Source of the DNA: a virus
Lineage: Duplodnaviria > Caudoviricetes
Length of the DNA stretch: 31,497 nt
Direction: 5' to 3' (one strand)
Virus record (IMG/VR): IMGVR_UViG_3300023283_000360
Location: 1 to 31,497 of that record
Below, piece after piece: positions 26,371 to 31,497 of the stretch. The position numbers and the translations under genes are program-made. Below the pieces are notes generated by a model, which did no database searches, was not told the origin of the DNA, and saw only the letters and a list, made by a program, of their open reading frames with translations. Every line of letters begins with the position of its first letter. Position 1 is the first letter of the stretch.

Positions 26371-26664
26371 ATGCTGGGTAACACCGTGCTTCGTCCTGAG
26401 CACCTCGAGCGCATCACCGCCGCCCCGCAGCCCCGCGAGATCGACCACGAGGAGCTTCGTTCGGCGCCCGTCGATCCGCGGCTTCGCCACCTCGACCGTG
26501 GCACGCGCGCATACATCTCGCAGTGCTTCGACGGCGACGTTGACGAAGCGGCCTTCGTCGCCACGCAGTTCCTGAACACCCGCCGCTGCATTCCCGACTG
26601 GGCGGCACAGATCGTTGGCCTCGCTCGCCGCGGGTGGAAGTCCTTCGATCGTGAGAGGTGCTGA
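26371..26664 (+). CDS. Hypothetical protein (97 aa)
   Basis: GGAGG RBS, ATG 26371. Confidence 0.7.
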   Translation: MLGNTVLRPEHLERITAAPQPREIDHEELRSAPVDPRLRHLDRGTRAYISQCFDGDVDEAAFVATQFLNTRRCIPDWAAQIVGLARRGWKSFDRERC

Positions 26665-26667
26665 TTG

Positions 26668-26889
26668 ATGACTCACAGTCACAGCATCCGCTACTGGCGG
26701 GCGTCGCTGGCCCACTGGGGCGAACTCGATGCGATCGCTCGTGCCCAGCTGGCACAGGCGAATCGCTCGAAGCGCCCGTCCGCTCGGGACGACGCACTTC
26801 GTACGTTGAACGACGTAGGGCGATCGCGGTACGCCGCAGCCCGTGCGTTGCACCACGAACTCCGGCTCGCCGGACTCACGCGGACCTGA
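26668..26889 (+). CDS. Hypothetical protein (73 aa)
   Basis: GAGAGG RBS; contains a heptamer array. Confidence 0.55.
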   Translation: MTHSHSIRYWRASLAHWGELDAIARAQLAQANRSKRPSARDDALRTLNDVGRSRYAAARALHHELRLAGLTRT

Positions 26890-26961
26890 TCCGCGGCGCC
26901 ACGGACGGCGCACTTGTTCCACAGCATCACAAACGCTACCGACACTCTGGAGTACACCATC

Positions 26962-27702
26962 ATGCCCATGAACAACGTCGACACCTTCATCGACAAGCTT
27001 GACGCCCTCGAGGGCCAGACCCGCGGCGCCGTAATGGCCTCCGTGGCCTGGGCCTACACCGCGGGGCTCGTCAACATCACCACCGGCCTCATCGAGGACG
27101 CCAACCCCGACCCCGAGCGCGTCGAGCGCATGGAACGCCGCCAGGGCGAGCTCGCACAGGCCGTGACCTGGGCCGCCGGGCTCGCCGCCGCCGACTACCG
27201 CCCGGAAGCCCACGACGTGGTCGCGCGGTTCAGCACGCCTCAGACCGTGTCCACCCACGTCGACGATGAGCGCCTGAAGCTCGTCGCCGAGGAAATCGGC
27301 ATGGACGTCGAGACGATGCGCACCGTGCACTCCCAGGACGTCGCCCAGCGTCAGGAGCAGGCCCGGCAGCGGGCGCAGACGGTGCGCGACAACGCCGAGC
27401 GGATCCGGCGGGCCGTGGACCACGCGCTCGGCAGCGACGTGCACGCTGACTTTGAACTCAGCGGCATAGATGAGCTGCGCTTCTGGCAGAAAGCGAGCGA
27501 GAAGCTCGAGGCCCGGCGGCTGCAGCAGGCGACTTATGCCCTCACGGCACGAGTCGGCTCCCGGGCCCTGGAAGCGCTCAGCGAATGCAAGCTGCTGCGC
27601 CCGCTGGTCGAGGAGGCCAACGAGCGCATGAGGCAGGTCGAGCAGGCGTTGGAGGAGGCCCGGGCCGCCGAGGCCGCTCAGGACGCCCGCGTCATCGCCT
27701 AA
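26962..27702 (+). CDS. Hypothetical helical protein (~246 aa)
   Basis: GGAG RBS, GC3-rich codons, coiled-coil character. Confidence 0.8.
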   Translation: MPMNNVDTFIDKLDALEGQTRGAVMASVAWAYTAGLVNITTGLIEDANPDPERVERMERRQGELAQAVTWAAGLAAADYRPEAHDVVARFSTPQTVSTHVDDERLKLVAEEIGMDVETMRTVHSQDVAQRQEQARQRAQTVRDNAERIRRAVDHALGSDVHADFELSGIDELRFWQKASEKLEARRLQQATYALTARVGSRALEALSECKLLRPLVEEANERMRQVEQALEEARAAEAAQDARVIA

Positions 27703-27766
27703 ACCCACCCACCGGGGCACGTTGTACGCCGTACGACGTGCCCCGTTCTTCGTGCGAGGTGCCCCG

Positions 27767-27850
27767 TTGACCGCTCTCGGCCTACTGATCCTGGTCGTCC
27801 TCCTCATCGCCCTGCTCACCCGCCGCCGCACACCCCGCCGATGGCGGTGA
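27767..27850 (+). CDS. 27-aa single-TM peptide with basic tail
   Basis: GAGGT RBS + TTG; MTALGLLILVVLLIALLTRRRTPRRWR. Confidence 0.55.
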   Translation: MTALGLLILVVLLIALLTRRRTPRRWR

Positions 27851-27924
27851 TCAGATGGACAACACCGCCCGTGACGCCCCGGCACAAATGGCGTCGTCAC
27901 CTGTGCCGACGAAGCACAAAGCAC

Positions 27925-28112
27925 GAAGTGCTTGATTTCACTGGGGTATAGACGCGGTAACGCCGTAAATCAGTGCCTTATACGTCGTACTTCGTGCGTC
28001 GTGCGAAGTACGACGCGCTAAGTGCTTGGTACACCGGTAATTGTAATTCACGACACGGTGGTGTGTACGTCGCGCCTCGGGCTTCGAACGTCGTGCGTCG
28101 TTCAGGCACTTA
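27925..28112. promoter_or_regulatory. Cluster of four IHF-like sites in two inverted pairs
   Basis: 27925-27937, 27968-27980, 28019-28031, 28100-28112 match WATCARNNNNTTR or its complement with 0-2 mismatches. Confidence 0.5.
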
Positions 28113-28550
28113 TGGCTACTTGTTCCACGCAGGCACTAATGAGGCCATGATTTGTGACTCACAAGACCGTCAGGGTACCGTCTAAGCGAAGTCCTCAGAT
28201 ACCTCTTGACTCAGGACCTGTCGATTTCTCCTCACGATCCAGCCTTTTACACTCGCTTTTGTGCACTGCATTACATCGACTAAATTCTAGGTCGTCTGGC
28301 CCGTATAGCTTTTTTAGGCCCGATTCACTGTATTTTAGGCATTAGCTACCTACTTAGACACCTCGCTCCCACACAACCAAACCATGCCGAAAATGGACTA
28401 AACACTGACGGTTTACTACTTAAGCCTCCCGCCATACCCCCCGTACACTAGCCTAACTTCTTCTCCTGTCGGCCAATCTAAGCATGCACGCGCTTAATTA
28501 ATACCACACCCCAATTCCTACGTTTGCCCTGACATGCTTCTCGCCCGCCA
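28113..28550. other. AT-rich non-coding core; candidate origin, packaging site or genome-end junction
   Basis: Sharp GC drop, no credible ORF, palindrome ttgtgactcacaa 28152-28164, centre of heptamer polarity switch. Confidence 0.5.
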
Positions 28551-28703
28551 ACCACGACGCACGAAGTTCGAAGCACGACGTACGAAGTACAAGATCCCAC
28601 CGCCATACCGCCTAACCCGCATCCCGATCAAACCCTATACAAAAACAGCCCCACCCCAAGCCATCTTAGACTCCCCCCACGCCCCAACCCCGAGGAGGTG
28701 CCC

Positions 28704-29414
28704 GTGGACGCCGTGACCTGGCTTAAGAACTACCCCCGCCACCAGCTCCCTAAGCCCCGTGACAAACTACGCAAGGAGCTCAACGACCACCTGCGCGCCT
28801 CGGGCCAGCTCGCCCTGCGCAAGCACCGCTTCACCCGTCGCCTCAGCGAAGCTGGCCTGCACCTCCGGCCTACCCGCAACCGCCAATCCAAGCAGGAGAT
28901 GCTGGTCTACCCAGCGCTCGACGACCACCTGCACGAGTTCTTCACGCATCTCGGCGAAGTACGAGATGCGTCGCGCGACGCACTACGTGCGACATTCGAG
29001 GCGCGCTACGGCTACAGCGCACCGCCCCGAATCTTCAGCCACTACGCCAAATTCTACGGCTACATCCTCACCAACCGCGTCCCGAACGAAGGCGGCACGC
29101 CCACACGCTGCCTCAACGGCCCGTGGACGTGGGTTGCGTCGCACCACTATCTCGAGCTCCTCCGCGCACTGCGCGACACCCGCGAGTTCCTCAAGACCGA
29201 TGGCCGTGCCGACGCGCTCGCGTACCTCCGCAGCGTGCCGATCGACATCAAGCGCCAGATGCACGAGTGCATGCGCGGTGCGGATGGACACCCCGACTTC
29301 ACATTCCTGCGCTGCTTCACCGGCCTGAAACAGGCCGACATGGAGTGGCTCCATCTAATGCTCCCGCGGCTCATCGCCGAGGACGAGCGCGCCGCCACGA
29401 TCAACGTGAGGTGA
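28704..29414 (+). CDS. Hypothetical protein (236 aa), possible tandem winged-helix DNA-binding domains
   Basis: GAGGAGG RBS + GTG; two similar segments ending F..L..AG..R and F..YAKFYGY..R. Confidence 0.7.
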   Translation: MDAVTWLKNYPRHQLPKPRDKLRKELNDHLRASGQLALRKHRFTRRLSEAGLHLRPTRNRQSKQEMLVYPALDDHLHEFFTHLGEVRDASRDALRATFEARYGYSAPPRIFSHYAKFYGYILTNRVPNEGGTPTRCLNGPWTWVASHHYLELLRALRDTREFLKTDGRADALAYLRSVPIDIKRQMHECMRGADGHPDFTFLRCFTGLKQADMEWLHLMLPRLIAEDERAATINVR

Positions 29415-29419
29415 TCGCC

Positions 29420-29812
29420 ATGCCCATGACCCGCCAGCAGATCTTCGACCGTGCGGCGACGCACCTGCTCATCGAGCAGCGCAAACCCGCCATGCATCAA
29501 GGCAAATGCGCATACCACACTCCCAACGGGCTCTCGTGCGCCATCGGCTGCCTAATCCCTGACGAGGCCTACCACCCCCACATAGGAGGCGCCAAAGCCG
29601 CCAACAGCCGTGTCTTAGGGCAACTCGTCAACACCGGCGTGCTCCCGCCCTCACCGAGCGAGACCCTCGTTAGCTTCCTCCTCGCCCTCCAGTCCCTAGC
29701 ACACGATCGGGGCGCAACACTGTTCGACAACAACTTCCTCGCTCACTGCCGCGAAGACCTGCACAAAGTCGCCGCTGACTTCGGCCTCAACACGGAGTGC
29801 TTGGAACGATGA
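29420..29812 (+). CDS. Conserved phage hypothetical protein (130 aa), Cys/His motif
   Basis: GAGGTG RBS; CAY..PNGLSCAIGCLIPDEAY and LLALQ..HD pattern seen in phage early proteins. Confidence 0.8.
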   Translation: MPMTRQQIFDRAATHLLIEQRKPAMHQGKCAYHTPNGLSCAIGCLIPDEAYHPHIGGAKAANSRVLGQLVNTGVLPPSPSETLVSFLLALQSLAHDRGATLFDNNFLAHCREDLHKVAADFGLNTECLER

Positions 29813-30021
29813 GCCCAACCAAATGCGCAAGCACATCTCTACACGACGACCGTCGTCGCCGCGCTCGCGCTCTAAACTCACCGCCGGCCGCGGGAGCACC
29901 TAGCCATAATCACACCACTCCAATGGTGGTTGCTGTGGGCCACCCTCCTCACACCACCGCCGCAGATCGAGGTACGAGGCAACGTCGCCTACGTACCCCG
30001 CCACATGTAGAAACAGCACCG

Positions 30022-30240
30022 ATGACCGAAACCGGTAAAGCCATCCTCACATACGCCCTAATCTTCGTGCTTGGCACCCTAGCACCGCCAGCGCTGGTAC
30101 TCGGAACGATATGGCTCGCCGTGCACGCCCCGTGGGTGTTCGCCACGGCATTCAGCGGCGTCGTCGGTTTGTTCATCGTTCTCACGATCCCGCACGCGAG
30201 AACTTTACGTCACAGCACACGCAGGCGCGAACTCCAATGA
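30022..30240 (+). CDS. Small two-TM membrane protein (72 aa)
   Basis: Two hydrophobic segments then basic tail; ATGA coupling to next gene; start uncertain. Confidence 0.55.
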   Translation: MTETGKAILTYALIFVLGTLAPPALVLGTIWLAVHAPWVFATAFSGVVGLFIVLTIPHARTLRHSTRRRELQ

Positions 30241-30530
30241 CTCGACGCTACACCATCCGCATCTACGAGCACGAAGTACGAAGCACGACGCTCGAGGCAC
30301 AAGGCGAGACGTACGAAGACGCCTGCGCCGACGCTGAAGACCAGGCGCTGCACCTCACCAGTAACGAGTTCGAGCTCTGCGACCTCGAGCGTCGTACCGC
30401 GTACGTCGCCGGCCCGCACGCCGACCCCAACTGCTACAGCTGCCTCGGCACCGGCGCCCTCCAAGGCTTCGGCGTCAAACCCGGCATCGAGTGTCCATGC
30501 CTCGACACCCCCGACGACCCCACGGAGTAA
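30237..30530 (+). CDS. Hypothetical protein (97 aa) with C-terminal CxxCxGxG..CPC zinc finger
   Basis: CYSCLGTG...ECPC; ATG 30237. Confidence 0.7.
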   Translation: MTRRYTIRIYEHEVRSTTLEAQGETYEDACADAEDQALHLTSNEFELCDLERRTAYVAGPHADPNCYSCLGTGALQGFGVKPGIECPCLDTPDDPTE

Positions 30531-30533
30531 ACC

Positions 30534-30809
30534 ATGAACAAGCCCGCCCTCACCCTCGCCCTGTTCCTCGCCGCCACGCCAGCGCTCGCCCAGCCCGTTC
30601 CAGACGACTGCTACGACCTCGCCCGCTTCGCTCGCGACGCCGCCAAAGCACGGGACGACGGCGTCAGCATCCTCGAGCTTCGGCCCCTCGTCTCCGATAA
30701 CCCGGCCTACAGTTTCACCCTCGACACCGTCTACAACCAGTACGACGCAAGCCCTCACCGGCTCGAGAGCCACTTCTTCCTCGCCTGCAAGATCGCTCTG
30801 AGCGAGTGA
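30534..30809 (+). CDS. Small secreted/periplasmic protein (91 aa)
   Basis: GGAG RBS; signal peptide MNKPALTLALFLAATPALA|Q; two Cys. Confidence 0.75.
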   Translation: MNKPALTLALFLAATPALAQPVPDDCYDLARFARDAAKARDDGVSILELRPLVSDNPAYSFTLDTVYNQYDASPHRLESHFFLACKIALSE

Positions 30810-30911
30810 TAACAGCCGCGCCAACGCGGGGCCAGTGGCGCGACAAGTAACCCCCGCAGCCGGAGGCCGGCTTTGCCAGCATGGCCCTCCACCGCGCTGA
30901 TCCGGCCGGCT

Positions 30912-30932
30912 GGCCCACGATACGGGCCTTTT
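30912..30932 (+). terminator. Terminator-like hairpin
   Basis: ggccc-acgatac-gggcc-tttt. Confidence 0.5.
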
Positions 30933-30948
30933 CAACTGCTTAGCCTCT

Positions 30949-30979
30949 AAAGCAGTCCCACCCCCGCCTTCGATTCAAT
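30949..30979 (+). promoter_or_regulatory. Plus-strand copy of the promoter box
   Basis: AAAGCAGTCCCA-N13-TTCAAT after a terminator. Confidence 0.55.
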
Positions 30980-31023
30980 AGCTTCGCACGACGTACGACG
31001 TGCGAGGTACGAGGTCCGCCGTC

Positions 31024-31257
31024 ATGAACAACCACCAGCACAGCCCCGGCGACCAGTTCCGCTTCGTCTACTCGGCCTCCGGCAAGGCCGTCTCATTTCC
31101 CGACCACACCGAGCACAGCCACCAGCTCATCACCATCGTCAAGCGCCTCAATGAGCCCAACACCGAGGTCCCGCCAATGTACAGCGTCCGTGCCGACGAC
31201 GACTGGATCGGCGTGGTGTTCGAGGACGAACTCCACCCACCGGAGGCCCAGCCATGA
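31024..31257 (+). CDS. Hypothetical protein (77 aa), possibly SH3-like barrel
   Basis: GAGG RBS; PMYSVRADDDWIGVVFEDEL. Confidence 0.7.
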   Translation: MNNHQHSPGDQFRFVYSASGKAVSFPDHTEHSHQLITIVKRLNEPNTEVPPMYSVRADDDWIGVVFEDELHPPEAQP

Positions 31258-31497
31258 ATCCGTTCCTCTCACCGCTCAACGGCGAGCTCGCTGTCTACCA
31301 ACGCGAGGTCGACCAGGAAGCCGCCGCCGAGCTCGCCCGCGAGCGAGAAGCCGAACACCTCAAAGCCGACATCACCGGTGGCTACGCCCCCGACCTGCTC
31401 GCCGACGCACTCGAGAACGCCGCCAGCGACACCGACTTCATCGCCGCCGTCACCGAGTTCCTGCGCACCGACGACCCGCACCGCCTGCGCTGCGCCC
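31254..31497 (+). CDS. Hypothetical protein, truncated by window end
   Basis: GGAGG RBS, ATGA overlap, MNPFLSPLNGELAVYQRE... open to edge. Confidence 0.7.
   Translation, partial: MNPFLSPLNGELAVYQREVDQEAAAELAREREAEHLKADITGGYAPDLLADALENAASDTDFIAAVTEFLRTDDPHRLRCA

Larger units (their letters stand above)
23830..31019. repeat. Dispersed arrays of 7-bp-periodic degenerate heptamers (consensus NGYRCGA / TCGYRCN)
   Basis: e.g. 24007-24041 tcgtgct tcgtgct tcggact acgtgct tcgtgct; 28551-28592 accacga cgcacga agttcga agcacga cgtacga agtacaa; 30985-31019 cgcacga cgtacga cgtgcga ggtacga ggtccgc. Confidence 0.85.

Noticed and set aside
26287-27924. 545-aa minus-strand ORF
   Set aside because: Shadow of four SD-led plus-strand genes
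23830-31019. Heptamer arrays as a CRISPR array or simple VNTR
   Set aside because: No repeat-spacer structure, no cas genes; units are degenerate and dispersed rather than identical slippage copies

Overview
A 31.5-kb stretch of a high-GC (roughly 70% by eye) tailed dsDNA phage with podovirus-type morphogenesis genes; the lipoprotein and IHF-like sites suggest a diderm, probably proteobacterial, host (inference). Positions 1-25760 are a minus-strand late operon: TerS, six small accessory genes (including a gp49/gp66-family + RyR-domain fusion and a gene broken by one amber codon), TerL with two inteins, portal, scaffold, a free-standing HNH gene, N4-gp56-like major capsid protein, adaptors, nozzle, DUF1983-type tail fibre, GNAT, and ejection proteins ending in a >1500-aa protein that is missing from the ORF track because it runs off the window and carries SNase-like and HExxH zincin motifs. 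One antisense lipoprotein sits among the ejection genes. Positions 26068-31497 are small plus-strand genes around an AT-rich non-coding core (~28.1-28.55 kb). The most unusual non-coding signals are (i) about 14 arrays of 7-bp-periodic degenerate heptamers whose polarity mostly flips across the AT-rich core, next to IHF-like sites, and (ii) a GTAGCAGTCCCA box lying exactly 13 bp upstream of a -10-like hexamer at six sites, three of which would give leaderless mRNAs. No integrase, replication, lysis, tRNA or CRISPR features were recognised. All family assignments are from motif recognition, not database searches.
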